IMG/VR virus record: IMGVR_UViG_3300045988_150584
DNA: 64,000 nt
Source: a virus
Reading direction: 5' to 3' (one strand)
Position numbers and translations under genes: made by a program. Shown piece by piece: positions 15,495-24,752 of the stretch (position 1 is the first letter of the stretch; each line of letters opens with the position of its first letter). The notes under the pieces were generated by a model, which saw nothing but the letters and a program-made list of their open reading frames with translations, was not told where the DNA came from and ran no database searches.

Positions 15495-16574
15495 GTGATT
15501 AAGAAGGTTGATCGGAAAAATCGGTTTGTAGCAATGTTTAATCCTACAACTGGCTTCTATGCTCGTAGTGGTGTGATTGATGAGAATGGGCATGACACCG
15601 GCGTAGATCCGTTTATGACAGCATTCCCAGAGCTGATTGATGTCGGTGTGATGGGTCATTGTGTCCACGGAGCAAGCGGTCTTTGCTTTAAGTCTGGCGT
15701 TCAGTGTTATCAGAACGGACTAAAGACAAAAGAACCAAATATGACGCTTGAAAATTTCAAACGCATTGTTGATGAATGTAGGGGTAAAACATTCCAGCTC
15801 GCGCTTGGTGGTCGTGGTGATGTTGACCAGCACGAAAATTTTGCTGAGATTTTGCAGTATTGCAGGGAAAACAATATCGTGCCGAATTTCACTTCTTCAG
15901 GGCTTGGCTTTACAGATGAGATTGTAGATCTGTGTAAAAGATACTGTGGTGCAGTAGCAATCTCCTGGTATCGCCAGAAGCATACATACCGTGCGATTCA
16001 GATGCTTTTGGATGCTGGCGTAAAAACGAACATTCATTATGTTCTTGGAAACAATTCCATTGAAGAAGCAATTATGCGGCTAAAAAATAATGGTTTTCCT
16101 GCTGGCATTAACGCAGTGATTTTCCTTCTTCACAAACCCGTTGGACTCGGCAGCGAAGAGAATGTTTTGCAGATGGATAACCCGCTCGTAAGACAGTTCT
16201 TTGAGATTGTGGATATGCAGAAATTCAATTTCAAAATTGGCTTCGATTCATGTTCTATTCCAGCCGTTTTGAATCTGACTCACAATATCGACCACGATAG
16301 TATTGATACTTGCGAGGGCGGCAGATGGAGCATGTATATCACAAGCGACATGAAAGCTTTGCCCTGTAGTTTCGATAATCAAGAGCTGCGTTGGGCATTT
16401 GATATTAGCAATTCCAGTATCGAAGAAGCTTGGAATAGTCCGCAGTTTGAAAGATTTAGAAGTCATTTCAGAAATTCTTGCCCGAATTGTCAGTGCCAAC
16501 ACGCTTGTATGGGCGGTTGTCCGATTCGTCCGCAAGTAGTTTTGTGCGATAGGGCGGAAAAGGAGCTGTATTAA
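15495..16574 (+). CDS. radical-SAM/SPASM-domain-like protein with non-canonical N-terminal Cys spacing
   Basis: C-terminal CPNCQCQHACMGGCP cluster. The N-terminal triad is CVHGASGLCFKSGVQC rather than CxxxCxxC. GTG start after AAGGAGGG. Confidence 0.65.
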   Translation: MIKKVDRKNRFVAMFNPTTGFYARSGVIDENGHDTGVDPFMTAFPELIDVGVMGHCVHGASGLCFKSGVQCYQNGLKTKEPNMTLENFKRIVDECRGKTFQLALGGRGDVDQHENFAEILQYCRENNIVPNFTSSGLGFTDEIVDLCKRYCGAVAISWYRQKHTYRAIQMLLDAGVKTNIHYVLGNNSIEEAIMRLKNNGFPAGINAVIFLLHKPVGLGSEENVLQMDNPLVRQFFEIVDMQKFNFKIGFDSCSIPAVLNLTHNIDHDSIDTCEGGRWSMYITSDMKALPCSFDNQELRWAFDISNSSIEEAWNSPQFERFRSHFRNSCPNCQCQHACMGGCPIRPQVVLCDRAEKELY

Positions 16575-16763
16575 ATGAGAGATCCGAAGCGAATCCGAAA
16601 ATTCTGCAATGAGCTTGCAGATTTATGGGAGAGCAAATGTCCAGATTTGAGATTTGGTCAAATAATGGCTTATGTTTCAAGCAAATGTGGAGATTCATTT
16701 TATACGGAAGATGAAGAACTGATGAATCAACTAAAGAAAATATTTGAACGAGGTACAGTATGA
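16575..16763 (+). CDS. hypothetical protein
   Basis: ORF track 62 aa. Confidence 0.5.
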   Translation: MRDPKRIRKFCNELADLWESKCPDLRFGQIMAYVSSKCGDSFYTEDEELMNQLKKIFERGTV

Positions 16764-17311
16764 AAAATAAAACTACATGGATTATCGTTGGCATTGTTTT
16801 TGCCGTTATCATTCTGATTGTTGGCGTTTTTGCCGGTGCAAACAACAAAGCGGTATTTTTGGAAGAGCAGATTAACGGCGCTCAGGCCAATATCAATATT
16901 GCTGAAAAGCGTCGTGTTGATTTGGTTTATAACCTTGTGGATGCGGTACGGGCATATCAGGATTATGAGGGCAAAACGCTTGAGGCTATCACTGCTGCCA
17001 GATCCAGTGTAAGCAATGGTGATATTGATGAAGCAAAGGTGTCTATCAACGCTGTGGCAGAAGCGTATCCGGAGCTGAAAGCAAATGAAAACTATCAGCA
17101 GCTTATGAATGAGCTTGCTATGACAGAAAACCAGATCGCACAGTATCGCAATAATTATAATGAGCAGGTTCGAGCATATAACAAGATGATCCGGTCGTTC
17201 CCAAACAATGTCATTCTGAGCATTCTTGGATATGAGCGAATTGAAACGACCTATACTGACTATGGTGCGCCGGTCGATGCACCGCAGAATCTCTTTGATA
17301 ATGGTAATTAA
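16760..17311 (+). CDS. lemA: LemA-family membrane protein
   Basis: N-terminal TM plus the typical LemA helical region (AEKRRVDLVYNLVD..., YPELKANENYQQL). Confidence 0.8.
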   Translation: MKNKTTWIIVGIVFAVIILIVGVFAGANNKAVFLEEQINGAQANINIAEKRRVDLVYNLVDAVRAYQDYEGKTLEAITAARSSVSNGDIDEAKVSINAVAEAYPELKANENYQQLMNELAMTENQIAQYRNNYNEQVRAYNKMIRSFPNNVILSILGYERIETTYTDYGAPVDAPQNLFDNGN

Positions 17312-18056
17312 AAAACGAGAACTGCTTTTCAGCATAATTATTGTCTGTGTCCTACTTTGCCTTGGCTTATTTATAAGCGGAAAGATTTCGTATGGAGCGG
17401 CGCAAACAGCGGAGAAGTATGCAACCGCAACGATTATTGAGGATCATTCGCAATTCCGGTACGGTATGAATACTGACTTCGGCAATGTGTTGCTGTATGG
17501 AGAGCTGAGTACGGATTCACCTGTGACTTTCGATGAGATTGGCAATGGTTATATTTACATTGAGAAAGTTCGTGAGGATTACACAAGACATACCAGAACC
17601 GTTACAAAGAAAGACAGCAATGGCAATACATACACAGAAACAGAGGTCTACTACTCATGGGACTATGTTTCCAGTGAACATCTTGCTACGGATACGATTG
17701 TGTTTTTGGATGAACCATTTTCATATGGCACAATTACTTTGCCAGTGCGACGTCTGAACTTGGCTGATGCAGGTGTTGAAAAGCAGCGATGGAACTATAT
17801 CTATAAGAACAGCGATACAAGATACTATTACAATGTAACAGATGTATCTCTTGTCGGGACTGTCTTTGCAACATTGAGTGACGGGACAATAAAGAACGCT
17901 TCTTCTTTATACGAAAACGATACTCCAACGGAAGTAATTGAATCCGTACAACAGTCGGAAACGCTTTATTTGATTTTCTTTTGGCTGGCTTGGGTGGTTT
18001 TTATGGTCGGCTGTGTTTATGGATTTTTGTATTTAGAAAATCGTTGGCTCGATTGA
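17301..18056 (+). CDS. membrane protein (N- and C-terminal TM segments)
   Basis: ORF track 17226..18056; ATG 17301 overlaps the lemA stop. Confidence 0.6.
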   Translation: MVIKKRELLFSIIIVCVLLCLGLFISGKISYGAAQTAEKYATATIIEDHSQFRYGMNTDFGNVLLYGELSTDSPVTFDEIGNGYIYIEKVREDYTRHTRTVTKKDSNGNTYTETEVYYSWDYVSSEHLATDTIVFLDEPFSYGTITLPVRRLNLADAGVEKQRWNYIYKNSDTRYYYNVTDVSLVGTVFATLSDGTIKNASSLYENDTPTEVIESVQQSETLYLIFFWLAWVVFMVGCVYGFLYLENRWLD

Positions 18057-18075
18057 ATATCAGAAAGGCAATGAC

Positions 18076-18282
18076 ATGAACCTATATGCTGTTTTTGCAG
18101 ATTATAGAAAGAACAATGAGCATAGATATCCGTATTATGTTTGTGCAAATTCTATTCGTGAGGCTCGAACAAAATTTCAAGATAAAATATCTTGGCTTAC
18201 GATATTAAAGATCGAGCCTGTAACGGATAAAGAGCTGTGTCATAGAATTTTCAGCAATCCATTGGGGTACATTTTCTTTTGA
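18076..18282 (+). CDS. hypothetical protein
   Basis: ORF track 68 aa. Confidence 0.5.
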   Translation: MNLYAVFADYRKNNEHRYPYYVCANSIREARTKFQDKISWLTILKIEPVTDKELCHRIFSNPLGYIFF

Positions 18283-18301
18283 TTTGTTTTGGAGGGGCAA
18301 A

Positions 18302-18913
18302 ATGATTATTGAAGACAAGCGATATGAGATTGATGAAGTTTTTCATATGATCGGAGAAGAGTATTTATCTCTTGACACGGATAAAGGGAAGAAAAACTCG
18401 GATATCGTAGTGGACGGGTTTCGCGTTCATCCGATTTCGCTCCGTTATATGACTTTCTATCAGAAAGGTACTGCATGTGCATATTGCGGAAAAGTCGGAA
18501 CGCATTTTAAGCTTTGTGGCGATCCAGATTCGCATCGTAGACATTTCAACTTGTTTGCAGATGACGGCTCTCTGATTACGAAGGATCATATTGTTCCTAA
18601 AAGCAAAAGCGGAAAAGATTGCGTTTCTAACATGCAGCCGATGTGCAAAGCGTGTAATACAGAGAAAGGTAACTATCATCCTGAAATTAAAGTTGATTAC
18701 ATCGCAGCATTAAATCAGAGAACGGGTAACACTTCCCTTTTTAGAACAATTAACAAAGCGGCATATCATGTTATTTCGGCGCATTTGCGTCCACCCAAGA
18801 AAGACAAGGATCTTATCATTAACACCTCGATCAATGCGGTACTTGCAATTCAGAATGCCATCAAAACTGGCTGTTCGTATTGCGGATACACATGGTCGAT
18901 TGAGCAGCGATAA
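18302..18913 (+). CDS. HNH endonuclease
   Basis: ITKDHIVPKSKSGKDCVSNMQPMCKACNTEKGN; ATG 18302 after GGAGGGG. Confidence 0.8.
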   Translation: MIIEDKRYEIDEVFHMIGEEYLSLDTDKGKKNSDIVVDGFRVHPISLRYMTFYQKGTACAYCGKVGTHFKLCGDPDSHRRHFNLFADDGSLITKDHIVPKSKSGKDCVSNMQPMCKACNTEKGNYHPEIKVDYIAALNQRTGNTSLFRTINKAAYHVISAHLRPPKKDKDLIINTSINAVLAIQNAIKTGCSYCGYTWSIEQR

Positions 18914-18930
18914 GGAGCTTGTTAAATAAT
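18914..18930 (+). promoter_or_regulatory. Leader motif instance GGAGCTTGTTAAATAAT
   Basis: Match to recurrent motif, upstream of AAGGAG. Confidence 0.3.
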
Positions 18931-18946
18931 ATCAAGGAGTGAAAAT

Positions 18947-19462
18947 ATGAAAGTTAGACGCGATTTTGTAACGAACAGTAGCTCCAGCAGTTTTATTATC
19001 GCTTTTGCGGATAAGGCTGATGGTCTACAACAGATTGACGATCTCAGACACAGATACGGCTCTGATTATGTCGATCAGCTCTTGAAGGATTTCTCAAACA
19101 GCGAACCGATCTCTCATGACAAAATCAGAGAGCGCTTTGAGGATGAGTTTGAGTGTGAGGCAAGCTACGTTCTCAGTTATGGCGATGATGGTTGGTGGTC
19201 TGATGATAAACCGACCTTTAGAAAAAAGTGGGAGGAAGCTCATCCTGGCGCAACTGGTGCTGACTTCTATAATTCTCCGGAGCGGAAAGCCGCTATCAAA
19301 GAGTATGTAGAAAATGCTTTCAAGAAGTTGTTTAACGACATTGGTTCTGCTCCATATCTGGTTGAGCTTGAATATGAAGACCATACGGATATTGGCAGTG
19401 CGTTAGAACACGATATTCTTCCAAACTGTGATTTTACGGTACGTGGTTTTAGTCATCATTAA
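18947..19462 (+). CDS. paralogue 1 of DFVTNSSSSS family (unknown function)
   Basis: N-terminus MKVRRDFVTNSSSSSF shared with the next two genes. Confidence 0.65.
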   Translation: MKVRRDFVTNSSSSSFIIAFADKADGLQQIDDLRHRYGSDYVDQLLKDFSNSEPISHDKIRERFEDEFECEASYVLSYGDDGWWSDDKPTFRKKWEEAHPGATGADFYNSPERKAAIKEYVENAFKKLFNDIGSAPYLVELEYEDHTDIGSALEHDILPNCDFTVRGFSHH

Positions 19463-19476
19463 AAGGAGGACACGAT

Positions 19477-20037
19477 TTGAAATTTCGCAAAGATTTTGTG
19501 ACCAATTCCAGTAGCTCCAGCTATACATGTGATATTTGTGGCGCAACGGAATCTGGCTGGGATATTAGTTTAGAAGAGGCCGGCATGGTTGAATGCGTAA
19601 ATGGGCATACGATCTGCAATGATGAGCTGCTTGAGATTCCGCGCAAAGAGCTGATTAAAAAGATTCTGGAATCTGGTTACGAGACTGAAAGTGAAGAAGA
19701 GCTGAATAGTCAGCACGACGATGATTCACTTCTCGATATCTTCTGGGATCAGGCAGACAATCGTTATGCTGCTCCGGAAGAGTTTTGTCCGATTTGCCAG
19801 TTTATCGAGTATTCGCAGCACGATCTTGGAAAGTATCTTGAAAAAGAGTACAAGGTTTCCCGCAGTGATGTGTTCGCAAAGGTGAAAGCGGTGAATAAGC
19901 GCCGCAAGAAGCTATACGACAGCGAATATGTGACAGAGGTATGTAAGCAGTTCGATCTTAATCCTGTCGATATTGTAGCTGGTCTGAAGAAGAGATTCGT
20001 TACCTACCGTGCATTCAGCGACTATATTCGGAGGTAA
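19477..20037 (+). CDS. paralogue 2 of DFVTNSSSSS family, with CxxC pairs
   Basis: MKFRKDFVTNSSSSSY; TTG start after AAGGAGG. Confidence 0.65.
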   Translation: MKFRKDFVTNSSSSSYTCDICGATESGWDISLEEAGMVECVNGHTICNDELLEIPRKELIKKILESGYETESEEELNSQHDDDSLLDIFWDQADNRYAAPEEFCPICQFIEYSQHDLGKYLEKEYKVSRSDVFAKVKAVNKRRKKLYDSEYVTEVCKQFDLNPVDIVAGLKKRFVTYRAFSDYIRR

Positions 20038-20042
20038 TTGAA

Positions 20043-20477
20043 ATGAAAATTAGAGAAGATTTTGTAACGAATAGTAGTAGCTCAAGCTATGTTATCGCCT
20101 ATAAAGCGTCTCCAAACTTCGATGAAGAGACTATTCAGCGCTATCCGATTCTGAAAGGGTTTACCACTGTTTTAGAAAGCGTTTTGCTTGCCGCAAATGA
20201 TTATGGTGACACGACAGAGGGCGAGCAGATTAAAACCATTGAGGAACTGGATAAGTATTTTGTTGGATGCTATGGATATGGGGAGATCAATACGCTTCCA
20301 CGCATCTTGGATGATGACCATTATCTAAAAGAACATTATGATAAGTGTTCTAAGCTGTTAAACGATGGTTATAACATCGTTTTCAAGCAGGTCGATTATA
20401 ACGATAGCACTTTTGATTCTATCATTCGCAACCTGGCAAACACAGATGGCATTGTCCAGATTATTGCTGATGAATAA
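20043..20477 (+). CDS. paralogue 3 of DFVTNSSSSS family
   Basis: MKIREDFVTNSSSSSY. Confidence 0.65.
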   Translation: MKIREDFVTNSSSSSYVIAYKASPNFDEETIQRYPILKGFTTVLESVLLAANDYGDTTEGEQIKTIEELDKYFVGCYGYGEINTLPRILDDDHYLKEHYDKCSKLLNDGYNIVFKQVDYNDSTFDSIIRNLANTDGIVQIIADE

Positions 20478-20490
20478 TTGGAGGTAAACC

Positions 20491-21930
20491 ATGTACGCAG
20501 CATATGTAACTCGTATTAAGAATTTGCGCAAACATTCAAACGCGGATCGACTTCTCTGCGGTGAATGTTTTGGCAATACGGTAATTGTGGGCTTGGATAC
20601 AAAGCCAGAAGAGCTGGGTGTCTATTTCCCCGTAGATGGCAAGCTTGGCACTGAGTATGCGGTGAAGAACGACCTGCTTCGCCGTAAGGATGAGAACGGT
20701 AAGCCTGCTGGTGGTTATCTCGATCCTGAAAAGCGTAATATTAAGGCGTTGAAGCTTCGTGGCGAAAAGAGCGATGGCTTGTTTATGCCATTGTCCAGTT
20801 TGAGTGGGTTCACAGATATTGCAAAGCTCCGTGATGGCGATGTAATTACCATTTTGAATGGTGTTACAATTTGTGAGAAGTATATCCCCCATCGTAAGAA
20901 GAGTACCATTATGGTTGGGGGGGGTAGGACTCGTAAGCATCACGATCCTGTTGCTCCGCTCTTTGCGGAACATGCTGACACGGAACAGCTCGCATATAAC
21001 CTCAGCGCATTTCACCCAGGCGATCTTGTTGAGATTACTTTGAAAATGCACGGCACATCTCAGCGAACCGGATATCTACCAATGCTTAAAGGATATAAGA
21101 AGACATTGCTTGATAAGCTCCTACATCGCATTGGTTCTCCGATTTATAATTGGGGATATGTAACTGGTACTCGTCGTGTTGTCTTGGATGATTTTGACGG
21201 TGGCTTTTATGGTAGCAATGCTTTCCGTGAACAGCATAGCAAGGTTTTTGAAGGTAAGCTGCATAAGGGCGAAACCGTGTACTATGAAGTCGTTGGCTTT
21301 ACGCAAGACAAGCAGCCTATTATGGCATCTTGCGACAATAAAAAAGTCGGTGATAAGGAATTTGTTAAACAATACGGCGAAAAGACAGTGTTTAGCTATG
21401 GTTGCTATCCAGACGGTGTAAAGGAAGTAACAAATCCGAAAATTACACACGCAACAGTAATGATTGGCGATACCTCTTTTACAGCAAATGAGATTACGGA
21501 ATATGAATCTGCTCCGCAGTCTGATTTCTATGTGTATCGAATGACAATGACAAATGAGGATGGCGATGTTGTTGAATACACACCAGACTTTATGCGTTAT
21601 CGTTGTGAACAGATGGGCGTTAAGTGTGTTCCGCTATTTGCTCGATTCATTATTCCGGATTACATTCAGCTTCCTGATGCTGTTGGGTCTCCGATGGCTG
21701 TCAATGCTGGCGAATATGTCAAGGAAATTGCTGAAAACTTCTATGATGGTGCAGACCCGATTGGTAAGTCGCATGTCCGCGAGGGCGTTGTTTGCCGTAT
21801 CGTAAACCGCCCAAAGTTTACAGCATATAAGCACAAGAATTTTGCATTCAAGGTGCTTGAGGGAATTGTAAAGGATGTTGCGTCTGCTCCGGACATGGAA
21901 GAAGCGCAAGATGATGTAAGCGTTGCATAA
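20491..21930 (+). CDS. ATP-dependent RNA ligase (Rnl2/Rnl5-like, N-terminal OB-like domain)
   Basis: Ligase motif I KMHGTS, EGVVCRIV, YKHKNFAFK. In-frame G8 tract at 20917-20924. Confidence 0.75.
   Translation: MYAAYVTRIKNLRKHSNADRLLCGECFGNTVIVGLDTKPEELGVYFPVDGKLGTEYAVKNDLLRRKDENGKPAGGYLDPEKRNIKALKLRGEKSDGLFMPLSSLSGFTDIAKLRDGDVITILNGVTICEKYIPHRKKSTIMVGGGRTRKHHDPVAPLFAEHADTEQLAYNLSAFHPGDLVEITLKMHGTSQRTGYLPMLKGYKKTLLDKLLHRIGSPIYNWGYVTGTRRVVLDDFDGGFYGSNAFREQHSKVFEGKLHKGETVYYEVVGFTQDKQPIMASCDNKKVGDKEFVKQYGEKTVFSYGCYPDGVKEVTNPKITHATVMIGDTSFTANEITEYESAPQSDFYVYRMTMTNEDGDVVEYTPDFMRYRCEQMGVKCVPLFARFIIPDYIQLPDAVGSPMAVNAGEYVKEIAENFYDGADPIGKSHVREGVVCRIVNRPKFTAYKHKNFAFKVLEGIVKDVASAPDMEEAQDDVSVA
20917..20924 (+). 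repeat. G8 homopolymer (in frame, Gly-Gly-Gly)
   Basis: Counted in sequence. Confidence 0.95.
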
Positions 21931-22050
21931 CGACATTACGCATCTTATCCATCAATGTCGAACGGTGTGCTGGAATATATACGGATTTGGTAGCTCCAGC
22001 ACACTGCCGACATATTGTCAGAGATTGTATTTTGAAAGAGAGGTGCTGTG

Positions 22051-22872
22051 ATGAGTGACAGAGAAAAGATTATGAAGCGGCTTTCTGAACACCTCGAAGC
22101 AGTAAGAGACAAACACCCTGAGTGGGTTGGTATTTTTCTTCAAGGTTCACAAAACTACAACTTAGATTATGAGGGCAGCGATATTGATTCCAAGCTGATC
22201 GTCCTCCCTTCGTTTGAAGATTTTGTTTTGAACAAGAGACCGTATAGCTACACACACATCATGGAAAACGATGAACATGTAGATGTTAAGGATATTCGTC
22301 TGATGCTCGATTGCTTCAAAAAGCAGAATGTAAATTTTGTTGAGATTCTTTTTACCCCGTACCGTATCTTGAATCCAAAGTACGAAGCTTTGTTTCAGCC
22401 GATTCTTGATATTGCAGAGAGAGTCGGTCGATATAACAACTATGCTGCATTGAACTGCATGGTCGGAATGGCGCTTGAAAAGCAAAAGGCATTGTGCCAC
22501 CCATATCCTGCAACAAAAGACAAGATTGATAAGTACGGTTTCGACAGCAAACAGTATCATCATATCGAGCGTCTTTATGAGTTCATGCAGCGTTGGCTTA
22601 ATGGCGAGCCATATCGTGATTGCCTCATTTCTAAGCAGAGAGAACGTCTTAGAGAAATCAAGCTTTATATTAACTGCGATCTTACAACGGCGCAGGCCAA
22701 TTCGGACAGAATTGTATCTGAGATGAAGTCAATCAAGGACACTTATATGCAGCAGAATCCTGTCGTGATAGATCGTGAGGTTGATTCAGTTTTCAATAAG
22801 GTTTTGCTTGATTTATTTAAGTTTAATTTCCAGTGTGAGATTGGTAACGGCTCGCCTAATAAAAAGGAGTAA
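22051..22872 (+). CDS. Pol-beta-superfamily nucleotidyltransferase (RlaP-like, RNA-ligase-associated)
   Basis: GIFLQGSQNYNLDYEGSDIDSKLIV (GS...DxD). Confidence 0.7.
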   Translation: MSDREKIMKRLSEHLEAVRDKHPEWVGIFLQGSQNYNLDYEGSDIDSKLIVLPSFEDFVLNKRPYSYTHIMENDEHVDVKDIRLMLDCFKKQNVNFVEILFTPYRILNPKYEALFQPILDIAERVGRYNNYAALNCMVGMALEKQKALCHPYPATKDKIDKYGFDSKQYHHIERLYEFMQRWLNGEPYRDCLISKQRERLREIKLYINCDLTTAQANSDRIVSEMKSIKDTYMQQNPVVIDREVDSVFNKVLLDLFKFNFQCEIGNGSPNKKE

Positions 22873-22876
22873 GAAT

Positions 22877-23791
22877 ATGTCTATCTTTTTTATGATGGTA
22901 GGTCTTCCGTACAGCGGAAAATCTGTTTATGCGGAGGGGCTGCGAGAGAAGTTCGGTGCAGAGATTCATTCCAGCGATGCAATTCGAGCAGAGATCCTTG
23001 GAGATGTACAGGATCAGACAAACAATCAGATTGTTTTTGATACTCTGCACAAGCGAGTAATTTCTGATTTGTCTGCTGGTAAAAATGTAATTTACGATGC
23101 GACGAATATCAATTACAAGCGGCGTATTGATATGCTGAATCGCTTGTCGAAGGTGAAGTGTCAGAAAGTCTGTATCGTTATGGCGACACCTTTTCACGAA
23201 TGTGAAGAGCGTAGCAAGCATCGTGAGCGGGTTGTCCCACACGAGGTTCTTGTGCGTATGTATAAGAATTTCTGGCTTCCGTATTGGTATGAGGGGTGGG
23301 ACGCAATCGAGCTTGTTTATCCAGATAATTTTGAGCCGTACAGTGTAAGTGATTTATTTAATCGTGATGGAGGGCTGAATAGCTTTGAGCAGGACAATCC
23401 ACATCATACTTTCACGGTTGGGCATCATTGTATCGCTACATATGGGCTTGTTTCTGATGGAAGCACAGAGCTTCAGGAGGCTGCTCTTCTTCATGATATC
23501 GGAAAGCCTTTCACAAAAAGCTTTGTGAATAGCAAGGGCGAAACAACAGAGATTGCTCATTATTATGAACATCAGCATGTTTCCGCCTATGATAGCTTAT
23601 TCTACTCAAATCCGAGTTTGAATCGGCTGTATATCGCAAATATCATCCAGTGGCATATGCGTCCGTTTGAGCTTGAACGAGACCCCCATTCTGGCAAAGC
23701 GCAGAAGCGGTTCAAAAAGCTTGTCGGCAATAAGCTTTATTCAGATGTGATGAAGCTTCATGCCGCTGATATCGAAGCAAAAGGAACTTGA
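22877..23791 (+). CDS. polynucleotide kinase (P-loop) fused to HD phosphohydrolase
   Basis: MMVGLPYSGKS Walker A, DATNINYKRR, then HH...LLHDIGKP. ATG 22877 after AAGGAG (track ORF starts 22775). Confidence 0.8.
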   Translation: MSIFFMMVGLPYSGKSVYAEGLREKFGAEIHSSDAIRAEILGDVQDQTNNQIVFDTLHKRVISDLSAGKNVIYDATNINYKRRIDMLNRLSKVKCQKVCIVMATPFHECEERSKHRERVVPHEVLVRMYKNFWLPYWYEGWDAIELVYPDNFEPYSVSDLFNRDGGLNSFEQDNPHHTFTVGHHCIATYGLVSDGSTELQEAALLHDIGKPFTKSFVNSKGETTEIAHYYEHQHVSAYDSLFYSNPSLNRLYIANIIQWHMRPFELERDPHSGKAQKRFKKLVGNKLYSDVMKLHAADIEAKGT

Positions 23792-24648
23792 TAAACAATA
23801 CAAAGTGGGTGTTTGGCATTTACAGTAAAGAAGACTTAGATGTAATGCAGTCATGGGATTTGCAGCGAAAAATTCAAGTGACTACAACTCGTATCATTGA
23901 GTGGTATGAGCATTTCGGCGGAAGCGTTTATGTTGCTTTTTCTGGTGGTAAAGATAGTACGGTTTTGCTTGATATCGTTCGCCGTATTTACCCAGATGTG
24001 CCGGCTGTATTTTGTGACACTGGCTTGGAATTTCCGGAAATCCGAGAGTTTGTTAAGCAGCATGATAATGTTGTGATTCTGCGACCTGAGATGAATTTCA
24101 GAAAGGTCATCGAAACATACGGATATCCAGTTGTCTCAAAAAGAGTTGCCGACACTGTAGAATATGGCAGTAAGCCAGGTTCTTATCGGTGGAAAGAGCT
24201 TCACGGAGAGATTATCCGTAGCAATGGTACTCCGTCGGAGTTTAACTGCGAAAAGTGGCGCTATCTTCTGGACGCCCCATTTAAGGTTTCTTCTCGTTGC
24301 TGCAATATTATGAAGAAGAAGCCGCTGAAGAAGTATTTCAAAGAAACTGGTCGCGTTCCCATTATTGCAACTATGGCAGACGAGAGCCGATCTCGTCGAT
24401 CTACATGGATGAGACAGGGTTGTAATGCTTTTAGTAAGAAATCTCCAAGTTCTCAGCCGATGTCTTTCTGGACAGAAAATGATGTTCTTGAGTATTTGCA
24501 CACCTACAATATTCCCTACGCCTCCGTTTACGGTGAGATCATACCTTGTGGGGGGGGTGGACAACGACAGGTGAAAGAAGAACTGGTTGTGTCTTTTGCG
24601 CATTTGGCGCTCATCTGGAGAAGTCCCCGAACCGTTTCCAGCGATTAA
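23788..24648 (+). CDS. PAPS-reductase-like PP-loop enzyme, main part; frame lost at G8 tract 24550-24557
   Basis: AFSGGKDS PP-loop. After the tract the conserved-looking continuation (RTGCVFCAFG) is in the -1 frame. Confidence 0.75.
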   Translation: MINNTKWVFGIYSKEDLDVMQSWDLQRKIQVTTTRIIEWYEHFGGSVYVAFSGGKDSTVLLDIVRRIYPDVPAVFCDTGLEFPEIREFVKQHDNVVILRPEMNFRKVIETYGYPVVSKRVADTVEYGSKPGSYRWKELHGEIIRSNGTPSEFNCEKWRYLLDAPFKVSSRCCNIMKKKPLKKYFKETGRVPIIATMADESRSRRSTWMRQGCNAFSKKSPSSQPMSFWTENDVLEYLHTYNIPYASVYGEIIPCGGGGQRQVKEELVVSFAHLALIWRSPRTVSSD

Positions 24649-24752
24649 AGGAAACGCATCCTAAGCTATGGGAATATTGTATGAAGCCTTGGAGTGAACA
24701 TGGCTTAGGTATGCGAACAGTATTAGAGTACATTGGTATTCCGTGTGAATAG
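24546..24752 (+). CDS. C-terminal part of the same PAPS-reductase-like gene, in the -1 frame
   Basis: WTTTGERRTGCVFCAFGAHLEKSPNRFQRLKETHP; one extra G (G9) would fuse it to 23788.. Confidence 0.6.
   Translation: MWGGWTTTGERRTGCVFCAFGAHLEKSPNRFQRLKETHPKLWEYCMKPWSEHGLGMRTVLEYIGIPCE
24550..24557 (+). repeat. G8 homopolymer at a frame switch
   Basis: Counted; upstream frame 1, downstream frame 0. Confidence 0.95.
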
